A stretch of 64,000 bases of DNA, from the NCBI GenBank assembly GCA_030141605.1, contig JAQGDQ010002379.1:62001-126000 (forward strand). The letters run 5' to 3'. The position numbers and the translations under genes are program-made. The notes under the pieces are model-generated. The model was not told the DNA's origin and did no database searches. It was given only the letters and a program-made list of their open reading frames with translations. Positions 12,501-24,811 of the stretch are shown one piece after another (within the stretch, counting starts at the first letter, position 1; every line of letters starts with the position of its first letter). The DNA comes from Tubiluchus corallicola. Taxonomy: Eukaryota; Animalia; Priapulida.

Positions 12501-14953
12501 ACGAGCCGCATGCGTACCCTTATGAAAAAAGCAATTATTACGATACTTACCCTGGGTCTGAACTCTATGAAGTTCATCCTTATGAAAGTTATGGTTATGA
12601 AACACACCCTGATGAACTGTATGCTGAACATGGACATTATGAAGGGCATCCTCGTGAAACATACCCTGAACATGGACATTATGAAGGGCATCCTCGTGAA
12701 ACATATCCTGAACATGGACATTATGAAGGGCATCCTCGTGAAACATACCCTGAACATGGACATTATGAAGTGCATCCTCGTGAAACATACCCTGAACATG
12801 GACATTATGAAGTGCATCCTCGTGAAACATACCCTGAACATGGACATTATGAAGTGCATCCTCATGAAACATACCCTGAACATGGACATTATGAAGTGCA
12901 TCCTCGTGAAACATACCCTGAACATGGACACTATGAAGTGCATCCTCATGAAACATACCCTGAACATGGACATTATGAAGTGCATCCTCGTGAAACATAC
13001 CCTGAACATGGACATTATGAAGTGCTTCCTCATGAAACATACCCTGAACATGGACACTATGAAGTGCTTCCTCATGAAACATACCCTGAACATGGACACT
13101 ATGAAGTGCATCCTCATGAAACATACCCTGAACATGGACACTATGAAGTGCATCCTCGTGAAACATACCCTGAACATGGACATTATGAAGTGCATCCTCG
13201 TGAAACATACCCTGAACATGGACATTATGAAGTGCATCCTCATGAAACATACCCTGAACATGGACATTATGAAGTGCATCCTCATGAAACATACCCTGAA
13301 CATGGACATTATGAAGTGCTTCCTCATGAAACATACCCTGAACATGGACACTATGAAGTGCATCCTCATGAAGCGTACCCTGAACATGGACACTATGAAG
13401 TGCTTCCTCATGAAACATACCCTGAACATGGACACTATGAAGTGCATCCTCATGAAACATACCCTGAACATGGACACTATGAAGTGCATCCTCGTGAAAC
13501 ATACCCTGAACATGGACATTATGAAGTGCATCCTCGTGAAACATACCCTGAACATGGACATTATGAAGTGCATCCTCATGAAACATACCCTGAACATGGA
13601 CATTATGAAGTGCATCCTCATGAAACATACCCTGAACATGGACATTATGAAGTGCTTCCTCATGAAACATACCCTGAACATGGACACTATGAAGTGCATC
13701 CTCATGAAACATACCCTGAACATGGACATTATGAAGTGCTTCCTCATGAAACATACCCTGAACATGGACACTATGAAGTGCATCCTCATGAAACATACCC
13801 TGAACATGGACACTATGAAGTGCATCCTCATGAAACGTACCCTGAACATGGACACTATGAAGTTCATCCTAATGAATTATATCCTCATGAAGAGTATCCT
13901 GAACATGGACACTATGAAGTGCATCCTCATGAAACGTATCCTGAACATGGACACTATGAAGTGCATCCTCATGAAGAGTATCCTGAACATGGACACTATG
14001 AAGTGCATCCTCATGAAACGTATCCTGAACATGGACACTATGAAGTGCATCCTCATGAAACGTACCCTGAACATGGACACTATGAAGTGCATCCTCATGA
14101 AACGTATCCTGAATATGGACACTATGAAGTGCATCCTCATGAAACGTACCCTGAATATGGACACTATGAAGTGCATCCTCATGAAACGTACCCTGAACAT
14201 GGACACTATGAAGTGCATCCTCATGAAACGTACCCTGAACATGGACACTATGAAGTGCATCCTCATGAAACGTACCCTGAACATGGACACTATGAAGTGC
14301 ATCCTCATGAAACGTACCCTGAACATGGACACTATGAAGTGCATCCTCATGAAACATACCCTGAACATGGACACGATGCATATGAAAGCTATCCAGGCCA
14401 CTATGATACGTATCCATCACATGTTTCCACAGTTGGTATTCCATTTCCACACCATACAGCTTATTCTTATGAAGGGTATCCTACAAATCAATCCTATGAA
14501 CAATATCCACGTAATACTTACAACGATTATGAATTACCTGGTACTGTTGGACACGAGACATATCCCAGTAATACTCATGGGGGCGAAAGCCTTGGCCCAG
14601 TAGTTGCCCAGGAAGAGCAGAGGCCATATAATCCAGAATTGGAGGAAACAAAACTTTCGGATTCCGGTTCATCTGCTTCTGGAAGAAACGGCGCTGTGGG
14701 AATGGCTACAGAAAGTACGCAATGTGAGGTGAAAGGACCAGGTCCCTCTTGCTCCGGACATTCGCACATGGTAATGGCAAATCCAATAAACTGTCGCAAG
14801 TACTATCTATGTCTGTGGCAGAACACACCCAATGAAATGCGTGTTCCAATGAACTGCCCGGAGGGAACAGTCTTTCATCCATTCAAATACATGTGTGATG
14901 ATAAGGAAAATGTTGATACATCCGTAATATGTAAATGTGGAGAAGAGTCGTGA
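5326..14953 (+). CDS. Secreted GH18 chitinase-like protein with giant His/Glu/Tyr/Pro repeat and C-terminal CBM14 (~1408 aa, 8 coding exons)
   Basis: join(5326-5395,6729-6920,8859-9121,9364-9488,9753-9870,10927-11112,11467-11586,11801-14953). All introns are GT-AG with compatible phases (4227 nt). Signal peptide MQGIGVCLVLVLLAGLSST; GH18 motifs FLPEDIDPSTCTHIVFGYA, KVLLAVGGW, FDGLNVDWEFP, KKLLLGIP, WIGYED, LGGVMVWALGFDDF; six-Cys chitin-binding domain at the C-terminus. Confidence 0.93.
10061..10898. repeat. 55-bp intronic tandem repeat, ~15 copies
   Basis: Unit ttagataatctaataatcttccatgccatgtagtgttccttagtttttagtgtac fills most of chitinase intron 5. Confidence 0.95.
12607..14375 (+). repeat. 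Coding 42-bp tandem repeat, ~41 copies, encoding HPHETYPEHGHYEV
   Basis: Directly visible and in frame between the GH18 C-terminus and CBM14; variants HPRE, LPHE, HPHEE and EYGH. Confidence 0.97.
14750..14935 (+). other. CBM14 / peritrophin-A chitin-binding domain
   Basis: CSGHSHMVMANPINCRKYYLC...MNCPEGTVFHPFKYMCDDKENVDTSVIC: six Cys with typical spacing and aromatics. Confidence 0.88.
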
Positions 14954-16154
14954 TATGTAGCAGTAGACTAATTTGTTTTTGTGTGCCAGTCCTTGCTGTT
15001 TACCTGTGACCATGTTTAATCCCTTTTCAAAAGTGGGAGGAATAGTGTCCTAGTAATGCTTAGCAGTATCTTTTTATTACCTAGATCATTGGAAATAAAT
15101 GTAATTGACTAAAGCAGCAACCGAATTGCAACAGCGGAAAACTGATAATTTCATTTCTGCCTTTTTGAACATCATCGATCAGGTTTTATTACTTGAGGTA
15201 ATATTTTTTTTAAAAGGAAACACTTGTTTTGTAGCTGAGCAGAACTTCCTTAGCCTTTCGTTTAAGACTTTGGTGCTCGGTACTCTTGCTGCTTATGCCC
15301 AAAACAACTAGACCTGCTACTGCCGGCAAAAGTATATTTTTTCCAAAGTTACTAGTAGAAGCTTTAGTGTAGTTCTATAGCTTTATTTACAGTATGTTTT
15401 AGTGATAGTATTTATGTTGCTAGTAGTTGATTTAGGCCAAAGCTACAGAGCTATAATCTGGTTTTTTTCCTTCATTAGCTGGTTCTGTTTCGATTACTTT
15501 ATTCCTCAAACTGATTTTAAAAACAAGTGATTTTCTCAACATTATTATCTGTATATTCGTGCCAAAATTTGGGCATCGTTAACTTATTGATTATAATGAT
15601 TTCAGTTTATAATTCCTAATACAATTTAAATTACGCGTAAGTTCAAAATTTAAATAAAAAGAATTTTTGTGCATGAAATTAATGTTATGTTGTTATAGCA
15701 ACGTTCACTTTGTTGTTGATGTTTTGTCGTTTATTGTTAAGACAGAATGCATCTTTTGCATACCGTTGTTGTTATCCTTGTTAATAGTATTGTTATTATT
15801 TTTGCATAAAATTGATTTTGAATTATGCACATTCTAAAGCGAGCAAAATGACATTAAGATTGGAGTACACTGTAAAAATGAATAAAAATTATGCCCAATA
15901 GCGTAATTTTTGTAATTCAGTTTTATTAATAAAGCTATAATGCAAAATCGTTGAGTATTATGATAATTTTTATTATTTGTACAAAAACTACATGTTGTTA
16001 TCGCAATTGTGACATTTTAAGGCCGTTTTTATATATTTGTAATAAATCTATATACAAAACTAATTCTAAGGACTTAATCCAACAGTAAAATTTAACATTG
16101 CAATTTTTTGATAACCGGAAGTAAGTAATGCTTCATGCATGCCCTGAATTTAAC

Positions 16155-18486
16155 TTAATAACAATAACATCGTTGGCCACCTACTGGACGATGTAAAGTG
16201 TTATCATGGCGAATCGGACTCGTTGAATATCCATGCTGTCGGTATTTACTGGGATGGCCGTAGCTGTAATCGTCGTTAGCATATCCGCCATTGTGATAAG
16301 TTTTCGTTGATGGATAATCGTAGCCGTAGCCGTCGTAAGAATGGCTTAATATTGGTCGAACTATGTCGTACTTGTATAACGTTTCTGGTTGATAATATTC
16401 ATGGCCTTCCCTAGGACAAGAAGCAAAGCATTTAATTATGTTCATCGACTTGTTAATTAAACTATATTAACCCCGATGTATATACTCGGTGTAGCAATAG
16501 ATGCATTTCAAAAAAAGAGTTAAAATTCAAGCGAGACCACGTGACTAAAATACACATGCAATCGCTGCAGTTGGGTGTTTAAATAAACTTGTTATTCTTT
16601 ATAGTAAAATATTTCGTTAAAATATTTTTATAGTAAAAGAGAAATAAAAAGCGGTTTCTACTGAAAAATTTTCGTATGTCTACGATTTAACTTCTAATAA
16701 AGTCATAACTTACTTTACTGATATTTTGGTAATTGGTTAAAAATATATTAACATAGCTTCTGTTTTAATAAATTTAATAATTTTACGAAGTGCACTGTAG
16801 TGACATCTATTAACGAATAAGTTAATTAATCAGTGTTCTGTGCCCACTGCGAACCTTACAAACTGGTTTTAGGCATGATTGCGTTATCCATCGTTAAACA
16901 AGAAATTTAATAATCACGATCAAGTGAATTTAAACAAGTGAACAGCTGTTTTAAAAGCAAACAAACTAAGTATGATTTCAGTAACACTTGATTTCAGACA
17001 ATGTTGTTCATATAATTTGCCAGATAATTACTATCAAAACAATTTGTTACTTTTTGGCGCTTGTTAAATTGCAAAACAATATAATAAGTTTCAGCCGTTT
17101 TGAATTATAACTTTAGTTTAGTTTTGTTTAGTTTTGTCTGTATGCTTACTTGTAATCGTAGTCGTAACCTCTAGATTTTGCTGAGGTCTCCTTCGCGTAG
17201 GATTTATCTTGACTAGTCAAAGTTCCGTGAGCCCGACCAGAGCGAGAAAATGAGGTTTCGCTACTTTTCTGCCCATCTCCTTCCAACTTGCCTTTGCTCA
17301 CCGGTCCGTACGTTGTGGTGTGAAAATAAGTTTTTGGAGCTGGTGCTACTTTGTGATAGGCTGCTGTGTTGCCCTTATAGCCGTGTGGAACAGCACCTCC
17401 GGGAGCAAACGCCACATCGTTCCGGTACGATGGCCCACTGGCGCTTACCATGCTAAGTACAGCAACGGCTAGAACGGCAACAAGAATCGTATCCCTGCAA
17501 CGAAAATTTGCATTAGCCTTGTGTTAAGTGCACAGGTAAGAAGTGTATCATCATCATGATCATCGCCGTCGTCTTCATCGTAGTTGCATTCATCATTCGT
17601 CATTATCATCATCAAAACAGCAGCAGCAGCAACAGCAATAGCAACAACGACAACAACAACAACAATTACTTCTACAACTACATTACTATTACTGCTACTG
17701 CTACTAAAACTACAACAATAATTACAACAACAGTAGCATGATTAACAGTAACAACGACGGTAGCATCAGCAACAAGCAACATCAACATTATAACTACCCG
17801 GAACTGGTATTTGCCAGATGATAAAGTTCCCAACTCTTACAAGCATGGGTCTAAATTCAACTTAAAATTTGAAACAAAAACTTTTGCAAAATTTAGATTT
17901 ACAGTTTAAGAACGTGGTCCTAATTCTGAATTTTCGCATCTTTTTAACATGTTTATTTAAAAAATCAATTAATTGAATAAGCTTTGAAATCAGTAATGAG
18001 CATAAGTATCCACTTTTTTAAAGAAAATTGCACAAACGTGGATGTAAAAATACGTCAAAAGCTTGTTGTGCGCTTCAGTACTAAGTTCGCACTATAATTT
18101 GCAAATTTTACAAATAAATTTACATTTCATTATTAACAAGAAGATAATATTATTAGATAACATTATTGTAATCCTTTTATAGAATATTTCAATTACAAGC
18201 TGTTATTTCGATACTATTTTTGTAGTTTTAAACTTCAAATCAAACGTTTGCACATTTTTTTTTAAATTGATTATTTATGCTGACTGCTGAATTGAGCAAA
18301 TTAGACTAGACTGCTGATCAAAAATTTTAAACTTGCTAATAAAAAACATTTTCAGAAAATGAATAGGACTCTGTGCATCGTTAATTTATAAAGCTAGCAA
18401 CTAAATGACTTTTTACAGATTTATCAAAATCATTCAAACGTTTACATCAAGTTTTGAAATAAAAAAACAGTTACTCGCACTTACAT
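16155..18486 (-). CDS. Secreted Tyr-rich low-complexity protein of unknown function (200 aa; start codon split by intron 1)
   Basis: complement(join(16155-16410,17150-17494,18485-18486)). AT|gtaagt...ttgcag|G builds the ATG; signal peptide MDTILVAVLAVAVLSMVSA; second intron AA|gtaagc...cctag|G has matching phase 2; ends ...GGQRCYCY*. Confidence 0.8.
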
Positions 18487-18536
18487 TTTGAAGTTTTGCT
18501 CTCTGACCGTAGGCCTGCGATTGTGGAACAATTTGA

Positions 18537-18574
18537 CAACTGTGGCAGTCGGGAAAATGTGGAAAGCATTTATA
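18537..18574 (-). promoter_or_regulatory. TATA box and Inr-like element of the Tyr-rich gene
   Basis: TATAAAT on the minus strand at 18574-18568, with ACAGTT ~30 nt downstream and the split ATG ~55 nt further. Confidence 0.55.
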
Positions 18575-19622
18575 GAGGCCAATTAGAAACGTCCTCCAAA
18601 TGATAGCGGTCATGGCGTAAAAACTGGGTGCCAATTTCAGGAAAATGCACTAGTTTCTGGGCGGAAAATTACCATCGTTAGCGTATATACAGGATATTAA
18701 GCCCTACATTTATAGACAATAACGCTGTGTTAATGTTTAAAGGTTTCCAGCAAGAAACACGGGTTAGTTGTTCGTTTTTTTCTATTTTTATGTGTTAGGC
18801 AAACGTGGACACCAAAACTTTAGTATAAATTATCGAAACTTCAGTATAATGACGAATTGGTTTATGACAATTTATAAGTGACTCCTCAATTAGACATATT
18901 ACGTACGTTGTGTTTCAGGAAATGATAATTCGTTGTATTTTCTAAAAAATAATCATATGTATCTGTAAACTTAATAAAGATTTAAATTGTTTATTACAGA
19001 AAAATATCCGTTTCATAGACAGATCATTGTATAACAAGTTTCAATAAATTTTTATTAGAAAAATGCAGTGTTTCTACTACATCATTTCCGGCCACCCGTC
19101 TTACTTGAATACACAGTTACTTTGCAAACCTTTCAATTATTATGTCTTTTTTCGCTATATTACATCAACCCATATACATTTGTACCTCTAATGATATCGA
19201 AAAAGCAAAATATTTAATGACGACTACGTGTTTTAACAAGCTCGGTTATACGTGTTAGCAACTTGTGCAACTTAGCAACAACGAACATGATAGCAACTTT
19301 TTGACATTTGTTTTAAACTTACGAATTCTAATTAATATTACTCTAATTAATAGCAGTTGTGAATTGAGTTCGATTCCTCCAATGTTCACTGTTTAAATAA
19401 GTACTTGACTGTGGTTACGTTGTGCTGATGCTTTGCTGCTGTTATTCACTATGAGATTTTGCAGTATTATTTGTTCACTTAACATGCTTCATTCAATAGG
19501 ACTTTCTGGACAACCCAATGCCCATTCTTAAAAGTTACGTCTCTTTGCGGTGTAGAAGGTATTGGGTTCGACTCTTCAGTCCCTTATAAGCATCTCGTTG
19601 ACAAAACTAATGTCTAATGTGT

Positions 19623-19747
19623 CTAGACATAGACATAGACATAGACATAGACATAGACATAGACATAGACATAGACATAGACATAGACATAGACATAGAC
19701 ATAGACATAGACATAGACATAGACATAGACATAGACATAGACATAGA
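19623..19747. repeat. (CATAGA)n microsatellite
   Basis: Perfect hexamer run; source of the poly-HR and poly-LC ORFs. Confidence 0.97.
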
Positions 19748-20704
19748 ACATTTATTTTCTCCAATTAGTTTAACATCAAACGTTTTTTAAATATTAAGTA
19801 ATTATAATCATGGAGCAGGGCAGGGAAGGACCGTAGGGTCTTCTAGTCTCCTGCCATTTCTTATAAATAGATTAAGACATTAAAAATTAACGGTGATGCT
19901 GCAGATAACAAAAACAAAAACAAATAAGAAAAAAATAATAATAAAAACAGTATAAATGATACAAATTATTCAAAAAGAACTGAAAACAAAAAATAATAAA
20001 GTTAGATCTAAACAAAACAATACAATTATTCAGTAATTAGGATTATTATATGTAGTAGTTTCAAATGGGGTCTTATTAACAGGGGAATTTGGCCAAGGTT
20101 AGTGAGTAAAGTTAAAAACTGAGAGTACGGAAAGAAAAAAATAAGCATAAAAAGTGTAATATAGAAAAATTTATGAGAAAAAGTAACTATGAGAAAGAGC
20201 AACAATTACTTAGGAGATGAGTTTACTCTAGGTAAACTAATGTGTGGAATTATAGTACTAGTTACAAATTAGTCAGTGCGTGCCCTTGAGATGTATGCAA
20301 CTAAGCAGAGTAGGACTAAACCCAATAATTATTTGTAAACCTGTAAATTGGTGAGCAAGCTTCGCAGTAAACCGTTTGCCGTAAAAATAGATGCGCATAT
20401 TATGAACAATACCAAGTTTTAAATACGAATACAGAATTTGGAGATTCTAATGTGAATTAAACGAAAAATTCAAATTTTCAAAAAATATCTTTTATCCATT
20501 AAGTTAAATCATTACTGACTTTAAAAAACTGTTCGATACCTTTCTGACACTTTAAATCGTTTTCTCTTGATTGGAAGTTGAAGTGGTGAGAGCGAGTATC
20601 TGTGCACTATCCTGATTTTTTTGTATTTTTAATTTCAATGCCAAAAATGTTTGCTTGTTCATGTACATCATATCTATGTTAACTCGTCTTAAGAAACTGC
20701 TAAT

Positions 20705-20823
20705 GTCTACGGCCATATCACATTGAATACACCGGTTCTCGTCTGATCACCGAAGTTAAGCAATGTAGAGCGTGGTTAGTACTTGGATGGGGGACCGCCT
20801 AGGAATACCACGTGCTGTAGACT
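20705..20823 (+). rRNA. 5S rRNA gene, copy 1
   Basis: GTCTACGGCCATATCAC...AGTTAAGC (box A)...TTGGATGGG(G)GACC (box C)...GCTGTAGAC followed by an oligo-T Pol III terminator; helix I ends pair. Confidence 0.93.
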
Positions 20824-21162
20824 TTTTAGCTAGTGACTATTAACTATCAAAGTGTGTGCACAACACGACCGTTTCATTTTGACAGTATTGTTTTTGATTT
20901 TTGGAAGTTGAAGTGGTGAAAATAAATGTCTGTCTCGACATTATGTTGATTTTTTTTGCATTTTAATGTGAAAGACTATCTACTTGTTGCATTTCTCCAA
21001 TATTATACAAAGTAAGGAAAAATGAAAATAAAACTAGAAAATCAGCCACTGTCCTTCAAAAATGATTTTTGATTTTCATAAAAAATCAAAACAGATACTT
21101 TGTTACTACGTTCACCTTCATCTATCTATTATTTCTATATTATCTGTCTATAACAAAATGCA

Positions 21163-21214
21163 GAAGTTAAGCAACCTCAAACCTGGTTTTGCGTTTGAAT
21201 GGGTGACTGCCCGG
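21163..21214 (+). pseudogene. Degenerate 5S fragment in the spacer (also ~22259-22313, 24584-24635, 25367-25422, 34439-34496, 35273-35340)
   Basis: gaagttaagcaacctcgaacctggttttgcgtttgaatgggtgactgcccgg aligns by eye to the 5S internal control region GAAGTTAAGCAA...GGTTAGTACTTGGATGGGTGACCGCC. Confidence 0.75.
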
Positions 21215-21527
21215 TACTTACATTTTTCTAAATGATCAGGAAGGGTGATGACAAATGCTGTAAGATCTTTTTCACCACTCAAAAATGGATTTTTGTTCTG
21301 ACAAATATTTTTAAATGAAGAATCTTTTTGCTTGTTCATGCTTGATCATTCCCATGTTTAATTATGTCATATCTAGAAGGTAATATACTTAAGCACGGTA
21401 TTCAACCTCCCTGACATTTTATAATTTCATGTGATATTTCTGTTTATACTTTGCATTAAAATGCTAAAAAGGTTTACTTGTTCATGTACATCATTTCTAT
21501 GTTAACTCATCTTAAGAAACTGTTAAT

Positions 21528-21646
21528 GTCTACTGCCATATCACATTGAAAACACCGGTTCTCGTCTGATCACCGAAGTTAAGCAATGTAAAGCGTGGTT
21601 AGTACTTGGATGGGTGACCGCCTAGGAATACCACGTGCTGTAGACT
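21528..21646 (+). rRNA. 5S rRNA gene, copy 2
   Basis: 119 nt plus oligo-T, 823 bp after copy 1; a few substitutions (TACTGCC, GTAAAGCG). Confidence 0.88.
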
Positions 21647-22412
21647 TTTTAGCTAGTGACTATTATCTATCGAAGTGTGTGCACAACACGACCGTTTCAT
21701 TTTAACAGTATTGTTTTTGATTTTTGGAAGTCGAAGTGGTGGGAATAAGTGTCTGTCTCGACATTATGTTGATTTTTATTTGCTTTGCATTTTAATGTCT
21801 AAAACTATCTAGTAGTAGTAGTAGTAGTAGTAGTAAAATCTTTATTCGCCATTATAAAACATTGACCATCATATTAAAAGACAGACAATCAGTGTTAGTC
21901 CATATAAAAAACATACACTGTTCTAGGCAAATGCGTCTGGTGCAAGCTAAACTATAAGTGCAACTAGAAATTCAAAAAATAAAATATAAACTAGTTTAGT
22001 AAGGTCTAGGAAAAATGAAATTATGATTTGAGTAAGTATCATCGTGTTCGTATGTCGGATAATGTCAAAAACTATCTATTTGCTACGTTTCTCGAATATT
22101 ACACAATGTGAAGAAAAATGAAAATAAAACTAGAAAATCAGCCACTGCCCTTCAAAAATTATTTTTGATTTTCATAAAAAATCAAAACAGATACTTTGTT
22201 CCTACGTTCACCTTAATCTATCTATTATTTCTATATTATCTCTTTTCAACGAAATACAGAAGTTAAGCAACCTGGAACCTGGTTTGGTTTTGTGTTTGAA
22301 TGGGTGACTGCCCTTGGCTTACATTTTTTTAAATGGACGGGAAGGGTTCTGACAAAAGCTGTAAAATCTTCTTCAACACTCAAAAATGGATTTTTGTTCT
22401 GACAGATATTTT

Positions 22413-24470
22413 TGTAAAACTATGTCACGAAGATTTTGCATATTGTGTTTTTTTGTTCCACATGTGTGCGCCATTTTTGTTCCAGTGGCAAAATTCGATT
22501 TTATGCGTGATAAACAATTTACAGTTTTAAATAAATCTTTTTGTATTAAATAATTGGAACTTATCCGTGATTGTATTTATATTTTGGTACGGAACTGCCG
22601 GGAAAAGAGACCTTTAGATGAGTATGGCTGAGTGTGATAAAATTAAACACTCTAGAAGTAGATCCAAGGGTTGGGTGAAGACTGGCATAAAATTACTAAA
22701 AGAGGCGATGTCTAGTGAAACGCCTAACTTTGTGTTTGTTCAGCAAAAATTAGAGAACCTTGGAAAATATATTGCCACCTTTAATGAAACAGAAGTGTAG
22801 TTAGAAGATTATTTAGAAGGTGAAGAACTTGAACAAGCGATTATAGAGGCAAGTGAATTAATCAACACAGCGGAATTAATTTCTGCTCAGGCACTAAGTT
22901 TGCTAAAACCAGATTCAAGACCATGTAGTCCTAGTGATTTCCAGCGACATGCAAGTGATAATGATTTTGTCTTGCGACGAGTGAATAACTGTGATTTAGC
23001 ACGTAGTGAAAGTGCAGCGAATTTACCAACTAATAATGTAGTCGGTGCAGAAGTCACCAACATAAAACTACCTAAATTGCAACTGCCAACTTTCAGTGGT
23101 GACCCATTGAAGTTTTACGAATTTTGGGACATGTTCGTTGCCTCTGTGGATGCTAAACCTGTACCAGACGTTCATAAACTTGTTTACTTAAAGAGCTTAC
23201 TTAAAGGTGAAGCTGCTCATGTGATAGATGGCCTGCAGCCTGTAGATGGCAATTATAAGGAAGCTGTTTCTTTGTTAAAGGAGAGATTTGGTGATAAAGA
23301 CGCAATCGAGATGTCATTGTTAAAAAAACTGTGGCAGTTAAAGCCCATCACCGATTCGAAAAATATTGAAGCACAAGGAAGTTTTGTAGATGAGCTTGAA
23401 GTTGTTATAAGAGGCCTCAGTGCAATGGGACTTAGTACAGAAGAATTAGGTAAAACCCTAAAACCTCTCTTTCTAGCAAAAATTCCATATGCTTGGCGTG
23501 TTGAATGGGAGTGAATGAGAAGGCGTGAAGATGACAGCGTGAAGATGACACAACATGCTTTGAAAAATTTCGACAGTTCATGAAAAGCGAAGTTGATATT
23601 AGACGAAAGGCTGCTTCATATACTCGCCATAGAGAGTCTGGTGAATTTAGTCGTCGTGCTGGGTATAAGAATTTAGGTGTGAGGAGCACCCTAGATTCAG
23701 TTTCTCTTCTTCAGTCTAGTGATTTTTGTGGAAACACCAAAAATGCGCCTACAGCTTCAAAGAATTCCCATTGTTTATTTTGTGGCAGAGCTCAACATAT
23801 GTGGCTTGATTGTGCGTCTCTTCCTACTAAGACTTTGCAAGAGCGAAAACAGAAGGTTGCTGAGCAGCACCGTTGTTTTTTGTGTCTTGGTTTAAACCAC
23901 AGAGCTGATACTTGCCGTAAACCTCCATGCAACCGATGTAGTAAATGGCATCATTATTTATTGTGCAATTCAATTGCTGGCTGCTTCCAGGTGAGTCCTT
24001 ATGTTAAAAGAGGTTCAAATACTTCTGATGCAAGTGTTGATGTTCCATCAGTTCATTTACAGTCTTTTTGTACGAATGTTGTGTTCTTAATGACTGCGAC
24101 TGCTGTTTTGGAAGATACCAAATCGTCAATTCCTATTCGTGTTTTTATAAATCCTGGTGCCACTACCTCTCTTATTTTGTGTGATGTTGCAGAGCGAGCA
24201 GGTTGCGAAATTATAGGCGAGCGTAATCTTTCGTTAGCTATTATGGGTGGACTTAGCACACCGCAACAGAAATGCCACATTGTTCGTGCTAAACTTCGAA
24301 CAAATACAGGAAAAATTGTGACCTTTAATGCCACCACCCAAGATAAACTAGTGAGACCCTTTCCGGCATGTTCTGAGGGTGATTGGTTAGGAGACTTAAA
24401 GGGCATGATCCTAGGTGACCCAGAGATTCTTTGTGGCAATCCACGAGAAATTCATCTACTGGTTGGTATC
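22413..24470 (+). mobile_element. Truncated, degenerate BEL/Pao LTR retrotransposon (putative 5' LTR ~22413-22581, gag and protease) inserted in the 5S spacer
   Basis: TG start at the spacer breakpoint, AATAAA, PBS-like TGGTACGG at 22585. DUF1759-like KLPKLQLPTFSGDPLKFYEFWDMF; three Cys/His knuckles (CLFC..H..C, CFLC..H..C, CNRC..HH..LC); protease-like VFINPGATTSLI. In-frame stop at 22798 and a frameshift near 23514; no RT or integrase. Confidence 0.9.
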
Positions 24471-24811
24471 CCCCAAAGATGATTTTTGATTTTTATAAAA
24501 AAAAATCAAAACAGTTTACCTTGTTCTTGTGTTTCGCTTAATCTATCCATTATTTCTACGTTATCTGTCTGTAACAAAATGCAGAAGTTGAGCAACCTCG
24601 AACCTGGTTTTGCGTTTGAATGGGTGACTGCCCAGGACTTGTAAATTATGTCATATTTAAAAGGCAATATACTTGAGCACGGTATTTCCACCTCCCTGAT
24701 ACTTTACAATTTCATGTGATATTTTTATTTATACTTTGCATTACAATACTAGAAATATTTGCTGTTCATGTACATCATTTCTATGTTAACTCGTCTTAAG
24801 AAACTGCTAAT

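Noticed and set aside
12333-14603. Long overlapping ORFs in other frames and strands (697, 487, 477 aa)
   Set aside because: A 42-bp unit lacking stops is open in several frames; only the frame joining GH18 to CBM14 has support.
17556-17741. Poly-S/N/T ORF
   Set aside because: Trinucleotide microsatellites in intron 1 of the Tyr-rich gene.
19562-19768. Poly-(His-Arg) ORF as another His-rich protein
   Set aside because: Pure (CATAGA)n microsatellite with no signal peptide or synonymous variation.
21148-21339. Recurrent MNKQ... ORFs (also 25371-25580, 34426-34620) as a small gene family
   Set aside because: Antisense translations of the repeated 5S spacer; frames and ends differ between copies.
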